Assembly: GCF_003334765.1 (NCBI RefSeq)
Contig: NZ_QOWT01000013.1
Length of the DNA stretch: 64,000 bases
From: Escherichia coli
GTDB lineage: Bacteria; Pseudomonadota; Gammaproteobacteria; Enterobacterales; Enterobacteriaceae
Strand: one strand, 5' to 3'
Position 1 is the first letter of the stretch; each line of letters begins with the position of its first letter. The notes beneath the pieces were generated by a model. It ran no database searches and was not told the DNA's origin. It worked only from the letters and a program-made list of their open reading frames with translations. Shown piece after piece: positions 1 through 13,357 of this stretch. The translations under genes and the position numbers were made by a program.

Positions 1-269
1 CATCATCAACCAGATCGATTCTGACAACAAACTGGGCGTAGGTTCAGACGACACCGTTGCTGTGGGTATCGTTTACCAGTTCTAATAGCACACCTCTTTG
101 TTAAATGCCGAAAAAACAGGACTTTGGTCCTGTTTTTTTTATACCTTCCAGAGCAATCTCACGTCTTGCAAAAACAGCCTGCGTTTTCATCAGTAATAGT
201 TGGAATTTTGTAAATCTCCCGTTACCCTGATAGCGGACTTCCCTTCTGTAACCATAATGGAACCTCGTC

Positions 270-1460
270 ATGTTTGAGAACATTACCGCCGCTCCTGCCG
301 ACCCGATTCTGGGCCTGGCCGATCTGTTTCGTGCCGATGAACGTCCCGGCAAAATTAACCTCGGGATTGGTGTCTATAAAGATGAGACGGGCAAAACCCC
401 GGTACTGACCAGCGTGAAAAAGGCTGAACAGTATCTGCTCGAAAATGAAACCACCAAAAATTACCTCGGCATTGACGGCATCCCTGAATTTGGTCGCTGC
501 ACTCAGGAACTGCTGTTTGGTAAAGGTAGCGCCCTGATCAATGACAAACGTGCTCGCACGGCACAGACTCCGGGGGGCACTGGCGCACTACGCGTGGCTG
601 CCGATTTCCTGGCAAAAAATACCAGCGTTAAGCGTGTGTGGGTGAGCAACCCAAGCTGGCCGAACCATAAGAGCGTCTTTAACTCTGCAGGTCTGGAAGT
701 TCGTGAATACGCTTATTATGATGCGGAAAATCACACTCTTGACTTCGATGCACTGATTAACAGCCTGAATGAAGCTCAGGCTGGCGACGTAGTGCTGTTC
801 CATGGCTGCTGCCATAACCCAACCGGTATCGACCCTACGCTGGAACAATGGCAAACACTGGCACAACTCTCCGTTGAGAAAGGCTGGTTACCGCTGTTTG
901 ACTTCGCTTACCAGGGTTTTGCCCGTGGTCTGGAAGAAGATGCTGAAGGACTGCGCGCTTTCGCGGCTATGCATAAAGAGCTGATTGTTGCCAGTTCCTA
1001 CTCTAAAAACTTTGGCCTGTACAACGAGCGTGTTGGCGCTTGTACTCTGGTTGCTGCCGACAGTGAAACCGTTGATCGCGCATTCAGCCAAATGAAAGCG
1101 GCGATTCGCGCTAACTACTCTAACCCACCAGCACACGGCGCTTCTGTTGTTGCCACCATCCTGAGCAACGATGCGTTACGTGCGATTTGGGAACAAGAGC
1201 TGACTGATATGCGCCAGCGTATTCAGCGTATGCGTCAGTTGTTCGTCAATACGCTGCAGGAAAAAGGCGCAAACCGCGACTTCAGCTTTATCATCAAACA
1301 GAACGGCATGTTCTCCTTCAGTGGCCTGACAAAAGAACAAGTGCTGCGTCTGCGCGAAGAGTTTGGCGTATATGCGGTTGCTTCTGGTCGCGTAAATGTG
1401 GCCGGGATGACACCAGATAACATGGCTCCGCTGTGCGAAGCGATTGTGGCAGTGCTGTAA
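270..1460 (+). CDS. aspC: aspartate aminotransferase (PLP-dependent)
   Basis: 396-aa ORF; translation recognised as AspC; first gene of K-12-like synteny aspC-ycbL-ycbK-ldtD-mukBEF. Confidence 0.95.
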   Translation: MFENITAAPADPILGLADLFRADERPGKINLGIGVYKDETGKTPVLTSVKKAEQYLLENETTKNYLGIDGIPEFGRCTQELLFGKGSALINDKRARTAQTPGGTGALRVAADFLAKNTSVKRVWVSNPSWPNHKSVFNSAGLEVREYAYYDAENHTLDFDALINSLNEAQAGDVVLFHGCCHNPTGIDPTLEQWQTLAQLSVEKGWLPLFDFAYQGFARGLEEDAEGLRAFAAMHKELIVASSYSKNFGLYNERVGACTLVAADSETVDRAFSQMKAAIRANYSNPPAHGASVVATILSNDALRAIWEQELTDMRQRIQRMRQLFVNTLQEKGANRDFSFIIKQNGMFSFSGLTKEQVLRLREEFGVYAVASGRVNVAGMTPDNMAPLCEAIVAVL

Positions 1461-1520
1461 GCATTAAAAACAATGAAGCCCGCTGAAAAGCGGGCTGAGA
1501 CTGATGACAAACGCAACATT

Positions 1521-1620
1521 GCCTGATGCGCTACGCTTATCAGGCCTACGCGTCCCCTGCAATATTTTGAATTTGCACGATTTTGTAGGCCGGATAAGGC
1601 GCTCGTGCCGCATCCGGCAT
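1521..1620. repeat. pair of REP (repetitive extragenic palindromic) elements between convergent aspC and gloC
   Basis: Two imperfect GC-rich palindromes gcctgatgcgctacgcttatcaggcctac and gtaggccggataaggcgctcgtgccgcatccggcat typical of E. coli REP units. Confidence 0.7.
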
Positions 1621-1649
1621 AAACAAAGCGCACTTTGCCAGAAATCCAG

Positions 1650-1675
1650 GCCCGCATTAAAAGCGGGCTTTTTTA
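1650..1675 (+). terminator. Rho-independent terminator downstream of aspC
   Basis: Hairpin gcccgc-attaaaa-gcgggc followed by tttttt. Confidence 0.55.
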
Positions 1676-1681
1676 TGTGCC

Positions 1682-2329
1682 TTACCAGACGGGCATTTCG
1701 TCTTGCAGGAAGGGATTATGCAGGCGTTCATAACCAAGTGTGGATAATGGTCCGTGACCCGGAATAAATATCACGTCATCCCCCAGTGGCAGCAATTTAT
1801 CTTTGATTGAAGAAATCAGTTGATTATGATCGCCACGCGGGAAGTCACTGCGCCCTACTCCGCCTTTGAAAATAACATCGCCAGAAATCAGCAGCTTTGC
1901 CCGATCATCAAAAAACACGACATGACCCGGCGTATGCCCAGGGCAATGTAACACCTGTAAAGTCACATTCCCTATGCTGATGGTATCGCCTTCGTTCAGC
2001 CAACGATCTGGCGTCAGCGGCTGGCACTCTTCCAGACCAAACATACGACTTTGCGCAGGCAAGCCTTGCAGCCAGAACTCATCTTCTTTTTCCGGGCCGA
2101 AAACCGGCACGCCGTAATGTTGCGCCAGTTCCGCCGCTGCGCCAACGTGGTCCAGATGACCATGCGTCAGCAGGATCTGCATCAGTGTCAGGCCGCTGTC
2201 ATCAACTTCCTGTTTGATTTTTTCCGCATCGCCGCCAGGATCGACCAGTGCGGCCAGACGGGTTTGTTCACACCAGATTAATGAACAGTTCTGGGAGAAT
2301 GCGGTGACCGGAATAATACGATAGTTCAT
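1682..2329 (-). CDS. gloC: metallo-beta-lactamase fold hydroxyacylglutathione hydrolase (glyoxalase II-like)
   Basis: 215-aa ORF with HxHxDH motif (THGHLDHVG); K-12 ycbL position. Confidence 0.9.
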
Positions 2330-2355
2330 ACTGCCCCTGTTTCGTTAAGCAATTA

Positions 2356-2904
2356 CTACCAGTGCCGTGCTGGCCCGGTATCAATATGCACAAAGTTACT
2401 ACGTGGATAATATCCTACACCACCTGCGCGCATAGATAACGCGGCTTTGCGAATATTGCTTAACGCGATACCTTCAATATGGAAATCCATCGCCTGGCCT
2501 TTAGTGTGATAGCTTTTCTTCGCTACTCCACGGCTGCGGGCGCGTAGTTCATTGTTGGTATCAATAGAACGATAACCGGAAATGAGTTGCACCGGTTTGC
2601 GCGTGCCTAACAACCCTTGCAGGCGATACAACTGGTCGAATAATCCTGGGTCGATGGACTTTATTTTGTTCGCGCGGTAATCGCGGAAAAAATGGTTAAG
2701 TTTTGCCAATTCTTCCTGAATATAGCCTCTGCCATCGAAAAACTCCGCTTTGATTGACTCTCCGGTATGAAGATTATTGAGTGTCAAAATGCGCGGGCGT
2801 GGGGTAGAGAGTGTTGCAAACGCAGGGGTCGGCAGGATGGCGGCACCGAGTGCAACGCCACCAAGCGCCAGCAATTTGCGGCGATTAGCGTCGAATTTGT
2901 CCAT
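2356..2904 (-). CDS. ycbK: Tat-exported peptidase M15-family protein YcbK (murein endopeptidase MepK)
   Basis: ORF 2356..2913; start chosen at MDKFDANRRKLL giving 182 aa with twin-arginine signal; synteny. Confidence 0.85.
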   Translation of the reverse strand: MDKFDANRRKLLALGGVALGAAILPTPAFATLSTPRPRILTLNNLHTGESIKAEFFDGRGYIQEELAKLNHFFRDYRANKIKSIDPGLFDQLYRLQGLLGTRKPVQLISGYRSIDTNNELRARSRGVAKKSYHTKGQAMDFHIEGIALSNIRKAALSMRAGGVGYYPRSNFVHIDTGPARHW

Positions 2905-3084
2905 GATAATCAAGTCTACAGGTCAATGTTATCGTTTATATGCACTTCTGGCGCACAAGAGGCACCTTAACCGCCCGTAAAGCAGACGTCAAGATGACTC
3001 AACCCCAGCAGTGACGGGGGCTGCAGAGAATCGCCCCCAATCATGCTAATTATTACGACAACTGATTTCCCCGAACTACTTCAT

Positions 3085-4932
3085 TTACCTGATTAATTGT
3101 TCCGCTTTCGATACGATTTGCGAGCTGGATCGCGCAGGCAGATCATAATTGTAAATATCTGTACGATACTGGGTACGACCATCTGCACCAACAAAGGCCG
3201 TCAGGTAGTAGAGATTCACCGGAATCGACTGCCGAATATTGACGTAACGTGTATCACCCTGCTTCAGCGCATCAGAAATACGTTTGTCATTCCAGCCTGC
3301 ATCCTGCAACAGCATATTCGCCAGATCGGAAGCTTTATTCACTCGTACACAGCCTGAGCTCAATGCGCGTGTATCACGCTTGAACAGATTGTGGTTCGGC
3401 GTGTCATGCAAATAAATGGCCTCTGAACTCGGCATATTGAATTTATAGCGCCCCAGCGAGTTCCGTGGGCCTGGAGCCTGCTGGAAGCGGAACGGTAAAT
3501 TCGAGGCCGTGATTGTAGACCAGTCAACCTGCCATGGGTCAATCGCTTCTCTGCTGTTCCAGCCGCGCATCACCGTATAGCCATGGCTTTCGAGATATCC
3601 CGGATCGTTGCGCACTTTTGGCAGAATATCTTTGCGTGCCAGAGTTGGAGGTACGTTCCACGGCGGGTTTACCACTACGTTGTTAAGGGCACTGCTCATC
3701 ATCGGCGTTTTGCGATCGGGGCGACCGACAATGACTCGCGAATCCAGCACCTGATTGCCGTTCTGATAGTAGACCAGCGAATAGGCCGGAATGTTAACCA
3801 TGATCCCGGTAGAAAGCTCTGTTGGCAGCAAGCGCAATCGCTGGATGTTGAGAGCCAACACGCCAGCACGCTGGGCGGGCGTTACGTTTAACCAGTCACG
3901 TGTTGCCGGGCCAATAGCACCATCTGCCCCCAATCCTTGCCATGCCTGAAAACGTTTAACGGCTTCCACCAGTTCATTATCGTAGGCGGCGCGAACGGCA
4001 GGCGCAGGTTTACTACGAGACGTCGTTTGCTTATCCATCGGCTTAGTTTCTGCTGTTTCAACAGTAACAGCGGATGGGCTGACTACCGCGTCAGTTGGCG
4101 TGTCATCGCCAGGTAGAGTAATTTTCGGCCCCCCGTCCAACATGCCTGTGCGTTGCAATATTTCGCGCAACGCCGGTACGTCGTTACTCCACTGCCCTGG
4201 GCGCAACGTTGCTTTGCCGGTCAGTTGGGGCCACGGTTTGGTGTCACAGAGTAAGGCCAGTAACGATTCATGCATCGCCGCATATTGCGGATGCTGCGGT
4301 GCCAGTCCTGCAACAAACGTAGGCAATTGACCTTTATCCAGCGCCAGCTGCCATTGGTTAATCACCGAGAGCGGCGGCGTTGCAAGTGCATAAGGTTTAC
4401 TGCTATATAGCCAGCGAGTGCCTTTGACCGGAATATTTGCAATGAAATGGAGATAGCCCATCATCGCATCAGAGAGCACCACGTCGCGTGCCATCCCGTT
4501 AACACCAGGATCGGTCAGTAACTCTACCCATTTATTAAACTGCGGCTGGAAACCGGCAATCGCCACCTCTGCCAGCTGTTGCTGGAAGGCTTTAACAGCA
4601 TCACGGTTTTCCCACATGGGTTGCATATCGCGTGCGGCATACAACAGTTGAAGCTGGTTAAGATAAACCGGCTTGTAACCTGCGGGTAATTGAGATTCGA
4701 TTTGCGTGCGGGCTTTTTCTGCCGCACCTTCAGGCAATGGCTGGATCCCCGCCATTATTGCCGTGGCTTGCGCCTGCGGCAGTGCCTCGCCCTGTTCACT
4801 GACAGCCACCGGGCTGTCGCCAGGGATTACTTCAGGCTCATCGGCCTGCGCATTGAACAGTGGAGCGAATGTTACGGCCAGGCACAAACTGATTGCCGAC
4901 AGCCGACGACCACACATCATATTAAGCAACAT
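3085..4932 (-). CDS. ldtD: L,D-transpeptidase LdtD (YcbB)
   Basis: 615-aa ORF with signal peptide; size and position match K-12 ycbB. Confidence 0.9.
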   Translation of the reverse strand: MLLNMMCGRRLSAISLCLAVTFAPLFNAQADEPEVIPGDSPVAVSEQGEALPQAQATAIMAGIQPLPEGAAEKARTQIESQLPAGYKPVYLNQLQLLYAARDMQPMWENRDAVKAFQQQLAEVAIAGFQPQFNKWVELLTDPGVNGMARDVVLSDAMMGYLHFIANIPVKGTRWLYSSKPYALATPPLSVINQWQLALDKGQLPTFVAGLAPQHPQYAAMHESLLALLCDTKPWPQLTGKATLRPGQWSNDVPALREILQRTGMLDGGPKITLPGDDTPTDAVVSPSAVTVETAETKPMDKQTTSRSKPAPAVRAAYDNELVEAVKRFQAWQGLGADGAIGPATRDWLNVTPAQRAGVLALNIQRLRLLPTELSTGIMVNIPAYSLVYYQNGNQVLDSRVIVGRPDRKTPMMSSALNNVVVNPPWNVPPTLARKDILPKVRNDPGYLESHGYTVMRGWNSREAIDPWQVDWSTITASNLPFRFQQAPGPRNSLGRYKFNMPSSEAIYLHDTPNHNLFKRDTRALSSGCVRVNKASDLANMLLQDAGWNDKRISDALKQGDTRYVNIRQSIPVNLYYLTAFVGADGRTQYRTDIYNYDLPARSSSQIVSKAEQLIR

Positions 4933-5154
4933 CCCTTGCCCCCTGTTTTTATCATACTCTGAATAGCCAGGCTGTTATTTTACGACTTGCCTGTACAACG
5001 CCAATACTCACGAAAGTATGACGAGCAAGCCTGTTACTCATCAGGCTTATCTTCAGTATATAAACGCCGATACGTTTTTACATAACCTAATGTAAAGAAG
5101 TTTAAAGAAAAGCGCGCCGTAATGTGCCACTTTTTTAGTGCAGAAACGGAGTTT

Positions 5155-5188
5155 TCGGAAAAAGAAAAGGCGGCATTGCTGCCGCCTT
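5155..5188 (-). terminator. Rho-independent terminator immediately after mukB stop
   Basis: Minus-strand hairpin aggcggca-ttgc-tgccgcct followed by T-rich tract (ttttcttttt). Confidence 0.6.
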
Positions 5189-5192
5189 AATT

Positions 5193-8100
5193 TTAACTCG
5201 CCTGAGAAGGCGCTTCGTCAGTTCCTGGAAGCGTTTCAGGGAGTTGCGGCGCAAATCCTCGCAGGCCGACGACATGAACGTGTTCGGTATTCTGGAAGAC
5301 TTTACGCACCAGTTTATAGGTGGTGCCTTTCTCCGGGCTGATATTTTCCGGCGCTGCGATGATGAGTTGCATTTGCAAACGCTCACACAATTCAAACAGC
5401 GTGGCGATAGAACGAGCATCCAGTCGCGCTGCTTCATCGAGGAACAGCAGGCGGCAAGGAGAGATATCTTTACCGCGCAGGCGGCGAGATTCATCTTCCC
5501 AGCTTTGTACCACCATCACCAGAATCGACATACCGGTACCAATCGCCTCACCGGTCGACAATGCACCAGACTCTGCGCGCAGCCAGCCATCGGAACCACG
5601 GTTAACCTCAACTTCCATTTCCAGATAGTTGCGGTAATCCAGCAGTTCTTCACCGATGGTCTGCGGCGTGCGCTGCCCCATATCAATCTGCGGGTTAAGA
5701 CGTTGATACAGTTTCGCCAGCGCTTCCGAGAAGGTCAAACGGTTGCTGTTAAACAGATCCTGATGCTGCTCGTGCTGTTCAGAGAGCACATCCAGTAGCA
5801 TGGCGTGCGTTTCACGCACGTTCACGTTGAGACGCACGCTGTTCACCTGACCAAACGATACGTTCTGCAACCCCTGGTTGAGCATACGGATACGGTTCTG
5901 CTCGCGCTGAATGGTTTTGCGAATGATGTTCGCCACGCTGCGGGAACTGATCGCCAGTTTCTGTTCACGGGAGGTTAATTCTTCGGTCAGACGGCTAAGT
6001 TCAATCTCCATCTGTTCGATAGCTTCCACCGGATCATCGGTACGAATAATATCCTGACGAATACGTTCACGCAGATGCTGATAAACCGCCACGAAGAACT
6101 GAATTTTACGCTCCGGACGTTTCGGATCTTCCGACATGCGCAGCACGTCGCGCAGATGTTCGTTATCCGCCACCGCCAGACGCAGCGCACCTAACGCCTT
6201 ATCCGACATGGAACGCAAATCATCAGCGGAGAGATAAGCCAGTTCACGACGGTGTAAGCGGCGCTCAACGCCGTTATCTTTCACCATGCGCATCACCGCA
6301 CACCAGCCCGCTTTGGCGGTCACTACCTGCTCGCGCATCTCAAAGTAATCCCGCTCCAGCTTGCGCAGTTTGCGGGTCAGGTTGTCCATCTCCGCTTCGC
6401 AGAAGGTAAGCGCTTTTTCCAGTTGATTGCGGCGTGAACGGTTATTGCTCAGTTGCGCATGCAGCTCGTCACGGCGAATACGCGCCCGCTCTTCTGCCCC
6501 GCTATCAGCACGCACGCCGATATCCTGCAATTCACGTTGCAGATCGTTGAGTAGCTCTTTTTTGGTGTCGTAAGAACTTTTCAGCGAAGCCAGCACCTGG
6601 TTGTACTGACTCAACTGCGCTGCGTGACCGCGCAACGCTTCGCGAGCGCGGGTACGCTCCGCTTCCGCCTGTTCCAGACGTTCACGCAGTTTTTCGTTGA
6701 GATCGCTGTTACCGCTAAGCATTTCTGCCGAGTCAGAATAGCTAAAGTGCGCACGACGCTGCACCACTTCCGTCAGGGCAAACGCCTGCTGACGGGCATC
6801 GCGCTGCATCTGCTGAGAGTACGCGTAATCTTCTTTTAACTGTTCGAACTGTTCCGGGTCGCTCTGCAATACCGAAACAATCGGTTCCAGTTTCGCCAGT
6901 TGATTGCCAAACTGCTGAACAAAACGCGCGGCTTCCTGGGCTTCATCCAGACGTTCGCGGATTTCATCGACGCGATCCGCCAGGCTGTCATCAGCCAACA
7001 GGTTGAGACGCGGCAGAATGCGGTTCAGCGCCGTAACGCCCTCTTTCGCCTGCTCAAACTGAATACGCTGCTGCTGGTTATCATTTTCATGATTACTTAA
7101 CGCCCGCTCCAGTTCGACGCGACGGCTGTTCAGTTGACGGATTTCTGCTTCCGGGTCAGACTCAAACGCAACCGCCAGATGACTGCCGATAAAGCGGCTG
7201 AACGCCTGATGCAGACGCTGAGTTTTCTGTACATCAAAGGAGAGCGTGGCGAAGCGTTCGGAAAGCACTTCACGCTCGGCATGGAGGCTTTCAATACGGC
7301 TTTCACGCGCAGCACGACCAAACAGCGGCACTTCCGGGAAACGTGAATAACGCCACTGACGATCGGCGATTTTCACCACTACCGCTTTTTCCAGCTCATC
7401 AACGCTGAACACGCTGTCATCGAATGACTGCGGATCTCCTTCGATCAGATAGAGATCTTCCGGGCAATCGGTCAAGCCTTCCAGGTGTTCAGTTACCTGT
7501 GACAGATCTGGCACCACGATGGCGTGGCGTGACGGGCCATACAGCGCTGAGAAGTACGGCGCATCTTCCAGGCTAACGTCGTCATAAATTTCTGACAGCA
7601 GCACACCACCAAAACGCTCCGCCAGCGCGTTCAGACGCTGATCTTCAGAGCCGCCAGGCTGGCTTAAACGTTCGATCTCTTCATCGACGGCGTTTTTGCG
7701 CGCGCCCACTTCATCGCGTTCAACAATCGCCTCTCGCTCACGCTCCAGCAACTGTTGCAGATATTCGGTGACGTCCTGGCTGGAGGTAAACTCTTCGCCG
7801 CACTGTTCGCTCAACTGGTTGAGACTGTTTTGCGCTGCCAGCCAAACCGGCGCACGCTGCATCAAACTCTGAATGCGAGACTGCAGCTGTTCCTGCTCCT
7901 GGCGCAGTGCCATGCGCTCTTCACGGGCGTTAGACACGCTATCGGAAAGAGAGGCAATGCGTGCTTCCAGTTCCTGATGCAGGGCTTCCAGTTCGTCGAT
8001 ATCAAAATTCTTGCCCTGACGTTTGCAGAAATCTGCCAGCAGACGCTCAGCTTCTTGCTGCTCGCGTAGACGCTGTTCCAGTTCGCTTAATCGCATCCGC

Positions 8101-9653
8101 AGCGGCTGAACCTGCTCTGCCAGGTGACGCTGATCGACCCCTTCGCGCAATAGTTCGCGAGCGACATCCCACGCCTCGTTACGCGCCAGTGGGCCGTTGA
8201 TTGCCACCACCAGCTGATAAGCCTGCTCAAACTGGCTGTGCGCGGTTTGCGCCATGCTCATTTTCTGCTCAAGAGAGAGCATTTTTTCAGTCGCTTCCAG
8301 CTCTTTCGCCTGGAAGGTTTCCAGCCATTCGGCGGCGCAGTCGGCGGTTAAGTCCGGCAGATGGCACAGTTCTTTGGCACGATTAAGCGCAGCAATCGCC
8401 TGGTTATACTGGATCGCGCGCGTTTGCTGGACGTCCAGCGCCTGCTGGTAGTCAGCAAGCTGGCTTTTCAGCTCGTCCACTTCCAGTTCGGCAGCTTCCG
8501 CACGAGCCTCATTCTCTTCCTGGCGTTCGATGGCTTCTGCCACCACTTCATTTTGCTCTTCCAGACGGATCTGCAGCTCATCGAGATCCGCTTCGTAGCG
8601 TTCGATCTTCTCCTGCTGACGCAGTGCGGTTTGCACCAGGTTCAGGTGATCACTGGCCGCCTGATAATCCGCTTCCAGATCGCCTTCGGCACCGTTGTGC
8701 TCTGCCAGCTCACGCGCCATATCGACGTGTTTGTACTGCTCAGCCGCCAGTTGCTGACGCGAAGTATGTAGCTCGCGACGAAACTCCAGGGCTTTGTCGA
8801 GATGGACACGGCGCTCGTTGGCGTGACGCATGTAGTCCGCCGCCACGTAGTTGGTGGCTTCGCTGATCAGATGCTTAAACAGGTCGCGGTCCGACTGGGT
8901 GACACGAATCGCTTCCAGCGTCATACGGTTTTCACGCAGCGCCGCTTCCATGTCCTGGAACGCTTTACGCACGCCGCTGTTTTCTGGCAACAGGTAGTCG
9001 CGCAGAGAACGGGTAATGGCACTGGAGATCCCGCCATACAGCGAAGCTTCGATCAGACGATAGAATTTGCTACGGTCAGATGCGGAGCGCAGACGACGCG
9101 CGATGATGCCCAGATCGAACATCAGCGAGTGGTAATCAGTAATGGAGTTGAACTGTTTAAACTGCACGCCTTCCATCGCCTCGAGCTTGTCTTTCAGCTC
9201 GTTAAGCGGCAGCACGCGCGCCTGGCGTTCGTTCAGGGTTTCGGTCACCAGCTGTGTCGGCTGCACCGACATCGGCAGTCCCTGAATGGCAAACGGCTTG
9301 ATATCCACTTTACGATCGCGTCCGGCAACCTGTTGCAGACGCACACCGACCACCACGCGCTGGTGGCGCGAGTTAATGGTGTCGAGCATCGAATAACAGA
9401 CACCCGCTTTCAGCTTACCGTGCAGACCTTTATCGCGCGAACCGCTGGTGGCCCCGGCTTCCGTAGTGTTACGGAAATGCAGCAGGGTCAGGTCGGGGAT
9501 CAGCGCCGTAACGAACGCCGCCATGGTGGTGGATTTACCCGCCCCGTTACCGCCAGAAAGCGTCGTGACCAGCTCGTCAAGGTCAAAAGTTCGGGCAAAA
9601 AAGCCGTTCCAGTTAATCAGCGTCAGTGAGCGAAATTTACCGCGTTCAATCAT
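5193..9653 (-). CDS. mukB: chromosome partition protein MukB (SMC-like condensin)
   Basis: 1486-aa ORF, Walker A GNGAGKST near N-terminus, long coiled coils; overlaps mukE stop by 1 nt. Confidence 0.97.
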   Translation of the reverse strand: MIERGKFRSLTLINWNGFFARTFDLDELVTTLSGGNGAGKSTTMAAFVTALIPDLTLLHFRNTTEAGATSGSRDKGLHGKLKAGVCYSMLDTINSRHQRVVVGVRLQQVAGRDRKVDIKPFAIQGLPMSVQPTQLVTETLNERQARVLPLNELKDKLEAMEGVQFKQFNSITDYHSLMFDLGIIARRLRSASDRSKFYRLIEASLYGGISSAITRSLRDYLLPENSGVRKAFQDMEAALRENRMTLEAIRVTQSDRDLFKHLISEATNYVAADYMRHANERRVHLDKALEFRRELHTSRQQLAAEQYKHVDMARELAEHNGAEGDLEADYQAASDHLNLVQTALRQQEKIERYEADLDELQIRLEEQNEVVAEAIERQEENEARAEAAELEVDELKSQLADYQQALDVQQTRAIQYNQAIAALNRAKELCHLPDLTADCAAEWLETFQAKELEATEKMLSLEQKMSMAQTAHSQFEQAYQLVVAINGPLARNEAWDVARELLREGVDQRHLAEQVQPLRMRLSELEQRLREQQEAERLLADFCKRQGKNFDIDELEALHQELEARIASLSDSVSNAREERMALRQEQEQLQSRIQSLMQRAPVWLAAQNSLNQLSEQCGEEFTSSQDVTEYLQQLLEREREAIVERDEVGARKNAVDEEIERLSQPGGSEDQRLNALAERFGGVLLSEIYDDVSLEDAPYFSALYGPSRHAIVVPDLSQVTEHLEGLTDCPEDLYLIEGDPQSFDDSVFSVDELEKAVVVKIADRQWRYSRFPEVPLFGRAARESRIESLHAEREVLSERFATLSFDVQKTQRLHQAFSRFIGSHLAVAFESDPEAEIRQLNSRRVELERALSNHENDNQQQRIQFEQAKEGVTALNRILPRLNLLADDSLADRVDEIRERLDEAQEAARFVQQFGNQLAKLEPIVSVLQSDPEQFEQLKEDYAYSQQMQRDARQQAFALTEVVQRRAHFSYSDSAEMLSGNSDLNEKLRERLEQAEAERTRAREALRGHAAQLSQYNQVLASLKSSYDTKKELLNDLQRELQDIGVRADSGAEERARIRRDELHAQLSNNRSRRNQLEKALTFCEAEMDNLTRKLRKLERDYFEMREQVVTAKAGWCAVMRMVKDNGVERRLHRRELAYLSADDLRSMSDKALGALRLAVADNEHLRDVLRMSEDPKRPERKIQFFVAVYQHLRERIRQDIIRTDDPVEAIEQMEIELSRLTEELTSREQKLAISSRSVANIIRKTIQREQNRIRMLNQGLQNVSFGQVNSVRLNVNVRETHAMLLDVLSEQHEQHQDLFNSNRLTFSEALAKLYQRLNPQIDMGQRTPQTIGEELLDYRNYLEMEVEVNRGSDGWLRAESGALSTGEAIGTGMSILVMVVQSWEDESRRLRGKDISPCRLLFLDEAARLDARSIATLFELCERLQMQLIIAAPENISPEKGTTYKLVRKVFQNTEHVHVVGLRGFAPQLPETLPGTDEAPSQAS

Positions 9654-10357
9654 TATTCTTCCTCTCCGCTATCTGGCTGATTCTCTTCGGTTTCATCGTT
9701 GAGTTGCAGATGATTTTCAATCGGCATTGCTTCGCCATCACGAATCAGGCGACGCTGTGCTTCACGGGGATCGTCGCCAGCACGCACATCGGCTCCGAAG
9801 CGGAACACCGATTCGGTAATGCGAAACTTGCTGCTGTCGTGGCCCATAAACCACACCATGCCTAAACGACGCAGACGGTTGAGCGAAGAACGTACTTTCT
9901 CCTGCAACTTCTGACGGTCAACGTCTGAACCGGTTGAACGGTTGTTCACCAGTTTCAGCAGTTTTGCTTCATCGGCCAGGGTGAGCAGTTCGTCGTACAG
10001 TTCCTGCTGGGTGAAAATCCCCTCATTCGCCAGCCGTTCCGGGCTGAGATAGAGATAACAGAGGATTTTCCCGACCATCATATCCAGTTCCGACAAGACG
10101 GAACGAGGGATCAGCGTGGTGGAACGTGGGCGTAAATAGAAGAACCCTTCTGGTGCGCGAATAAGCTCAACGTTATAACGCGCGTAAAACTCTTCCAGAT
10201 ATTCCTGAAAATCCATCAGGAATGCATGATTATCCAGTTCGTCGAGGCCAATATGGCGTCCTGAACGTAAGGCGCTGTCCAGCGCCGGAAATAACGGATT
10301 CGCCAGCGCCTGCGCCAGCTTAACCGGCATCACTTGTTCAATATTTGTCGATGACAT
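9653..10357 (-). CDS. mukE: chromosome partition protein MukE
   Basis: ORF 9653..10384; start chosen at [14 protein letters not shown] (234 aa); acidic C-terminus; overlaps mukF 3' end. Confidence 0.9.
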
Positions 10358-11660
10358 GCGCCTGTACCTTGGCTCCGTAATCATTAATCGGCTGCCATTT
10401 CGCTGGCAGTCCGGTGAAATCTGCTTGCGCTACGCCAAGACGTACCGCCTGATCAATAACAATACGCGCAACGTCAAAGTGACGTGCACGCGGATACTGT
10501 GACAGATATTCGCGTACCACCAGACCAAGATCCAGCGGCACTTGTCTGGTTTTGTACACGGCAAGTTGTTCTTCGATGATCGCCGCCAGCTGTTCGCGGA
10601 TCTCGTTAAACTCTTCGTATTCCAGATCCTCAGGAAGTTCCCCAGTCACTTCTTCATCGCGCAGTGCCATCTCTTCGTCACGCATATCCAGCAGACGATC
10701 GGCATTGGCATAAGTTAGCGCCCACGGCTCATCAAAATAGGTTTGTACCGACTGACGTAACCGCTGAGCAAAGACGCGGTTTTTATCCATATCGATCGCG
10801 GTACGAATAAATTTGTGTACGTGGCGGTCGTAGCCAATCCACAAGTCGATGGATTGCTGGCCCCAACTGATAATACGATCGAGTTTGCTCTGCAGATCGA
10901 ACACCAGACGATCGACGAAATGCAGATCGTCATGGGTCATCGTCGCATCCTGAATGCGCAACAGATTAGCCTGCAATTTGTCGCCTGCCGCTTCCAGCGT
11001 ATCCTGCAATTCACGCAGCGTTCCGGAAGTTTCCGAAAGCAACAATTCACAGCTGGAAATCGCCGCCCGCCAGTCTTTGTTCAGCAACTGGGCGATATCG
11101 TCCTTCACCTGCTGCTGCTGTTCGTCCATCAGACGTTGCGTCAGGTCGATACTGTCGAAAATTTCTGCTACCGAATATTTCAGTGGCGCATAGACATTAC
11201 GGTGCCAGTGAAATTCATCACCGCCCTCTTCGGCGGCATCTGCTGCGCGTTTGAGCTCACCCGCCACAATCGACAACTGCATAGAAAGACGCAGCGTAGA
11301 AAACTCGCGCTGACGGATGTAGTAGTCAGTAATGCCGATGCCGAGCGGCGTCAGACGGTAAATTGCGTTCCCTTCCGCCTGCTCGCTGGTAAAGCGGTTC
11401 AGCAGACGTTGACGCACCATGTCGTTGATCGCGTTATTGGCGCGCACGCCGATGGTTTCGCTGGTTTGCTCAAACGCATCACTCACATGGCGGAATGCAT
11501 CCACCAGCTCGCCTTCACTCATCTCACCATCCAGACGCTCGCCGTTCAGCGTGGCAACCGCCAGCAGAAAAGAGAGTCGGTCTACCGGCAGCGAGATGGA
11601 GAAGTCATTTTTTCTGGCCCAGGCAACCAGTTCGGGGACTGTCTGGGAAAATTCACTCAT
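10338..11660 (-). CDS. mukF: chromosome partition protein MukF (kleisin)
   Basis: 440-aa ORF; muk operon synteny. Confidence 0.95.
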
Positions 11661-12442
11661 ACTTTATCCTTGCTCTGCGGTTTGCGCGCGGTGACATGAA
11701 TATAACGCCCCAGGGTAATATACGGTTCCTGACGGCAATAACGCGTTTCTAATTCAAGTAATGCTTCATAGCAGTCGCGCTGCTGGTGTTTCTCGCGCAG
11801 ATAATCATGAAACACGCGAACGCCTGTCTTACCCATAATTTGCCAACCAGCTTCTTCCAGCCACAGATAAACCTGCGCCGGGTCGCGTGGATAATCTGGC
11901 GAAAGCGTCCGTTTTTTCTTTTTCGGCATTCCCGCCTGCACGTAATCAAAATTCCCGGCGACCATGTTATGCATCAACAAACCATGCGCATTGTAGAACA
12001 TTAACGACAACACGCCGCCTGGACGCAACACTGACCACAGGGTCTGCAATACGCTGCGGGGATCAGCCACCCACTCGAGCACCGCATGGAACAATATCAG
12101 ATCAACGGGCGTTTCCAAATGCGAAGCAACATCCTGAGCGGCGCAATGTATAAATTGCATGTTGTCGCTCACACCTTTTGCTTCTGCCGCCTGTTTTGCG
12201 CGGTCGATCATCTGCGCAGAAAGATCGCATAAAATGACCTGATGCCCACGCTCGGCCATTTTGATTGCGGTCTGCCCTTCTCCACCGCCAGCATCCAGCA
12301 CACGCAGTTTTTGCGGGCCCATTTCCGCCAGCACGCGATCGAGATCCTGCCACAGAATAGCCTGTCGAAGCTGCCCTTTGGTGGTGCCGTAAATGTTACG
12401 GGAAAACTTTTCCGCAATATCATCAAAATTGCGATCCTGCAT
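11657..12442 (-). CDS. cmoM: SAM-dependent methyltransferase CmoM (SmtA)
   Basis: ORF 11657..12454; start at [13 protein letters not shown] (261 aa); methyltransferase motif VLDAGGGEG; stop overlaps mukF start (ATGA). Confidence 0.9.
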
Positions 12443-12577
12443 TGCTTTCTCCACCGGTTGGCTAAGACGTTTTCTGATAAAGACGCTATTTTGTCACAGC
12501 CACGGCGAGAATGAACCCGTCTGGTGTAATATCGCTGGCGATCCCTTGCTATATGGTTAAAAAAGGAACCAGAAAGG

Positions 12578-13357
12578 ATGCTTTTTACACTGAAAAAAGT
12601 GATTGGCAATATGTTGCTGCCACTTCCGCTGATGTTGTTGATTATTGGCGCTGGCCTGGCGCTGCTGTGGTTTAGCCGTTTTCAAAAAACCGGGAAGATT
12701 TTTATTAGCATTGGGTGGCTGGCGCTCTTGTTATTGAGTTTGCAACCGGTAGCCGACCGCCTGCTGCGTCCCATCGAAAGCACCTATCCGACATGGAATA
12801 ATTCGCAAAAAGTGGACTATATCGTGGTGCTCGGAGGTGGTTATACCTGGAACCCGCAGTGGGCACCGAGCTCTAATTTAATCAATAACAGTCTGCCACG
12901 CCTGAATGAAGGTATTCGCTTATGGCGCGAAAATCCGGGATCAAAACTGATCTTCACGGGAGGCGTAGCAAAAACCAATACGGTGAGTACAGCGGAAGTA
13001 GGTGCCAGAGTTGCGCAATCGCTGGGCGTGCCGCGCGAGCAAATTATCACCCTGGATTTGCCAAAAGATACCGAAGAAGAAGCTGCAGCAGTGAAACAGG
13101 CGATTGGTGACGCCCCTTTCCTGCTGGTGACCTCCGCATCACATCTGCCGCGGGCGATGATCTTTTTTCAGCAGGAAGGGTTAAATCCGCTACCAGCCCC
13201 GGCGAATCAGTTGGCCATCGACTCGCCGCTTAACCCGTGGGAACGGGCAATCCCTTCTCCGGTCTGGTTGATGCATAGCGATCGTGTTGGCTATGAAACG
13301 CTTGGCCGTATCTGGCAGTGGCTAAAAGGTTCGTCAGGCGAGCCACGGCAAGAGTGA
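12578..13357 (+). CDS. elyC: envelope biogenesis factor ElyC (YcbC, DUF218)
   Basis: 259-aa ORF with N-terminal TM segments; K-12 position between smtA and ycbJ. Confidence 0.85.
   Translation: MLFTLKKVIGNMLLPLPLMLLIIGAGLALLWFSRFQKTGKIFISIGWLALLLLSLQPVADRLLRPIESTYPTWNNSQKVDYIVVLGGGYTWNPQWAPSSNLINNSLPRLNEGIRLWRENPGSKLIFTGGVAKTNTVSTAEVGARVAQSLGVPREQIITLDLPKDTEEEAAAVKQAIGDAPFLLVTSASHLPRAMIFFQQEGLNPLPAPANQLAIDSPLNPWERAIPSPVWLMHSDRVGYETLGRIWQWLKGSSGEPRQE

Noticed and set aside
1479-1500. Hairpin agcccgc-tgaaa-agcgggct just after aspC stop as a second terminator
   Set aside because: No T-tract follows on the plus strand; on the minus strand the T-run is displaced and the hairpin is far from the gloC stop. 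The clearer plus-strand terminator at 1650..1675 was kept.
8802-9629. 275-aa plus-strand ORF
   Set aside because: Antisense to mukB; shadow ORF.
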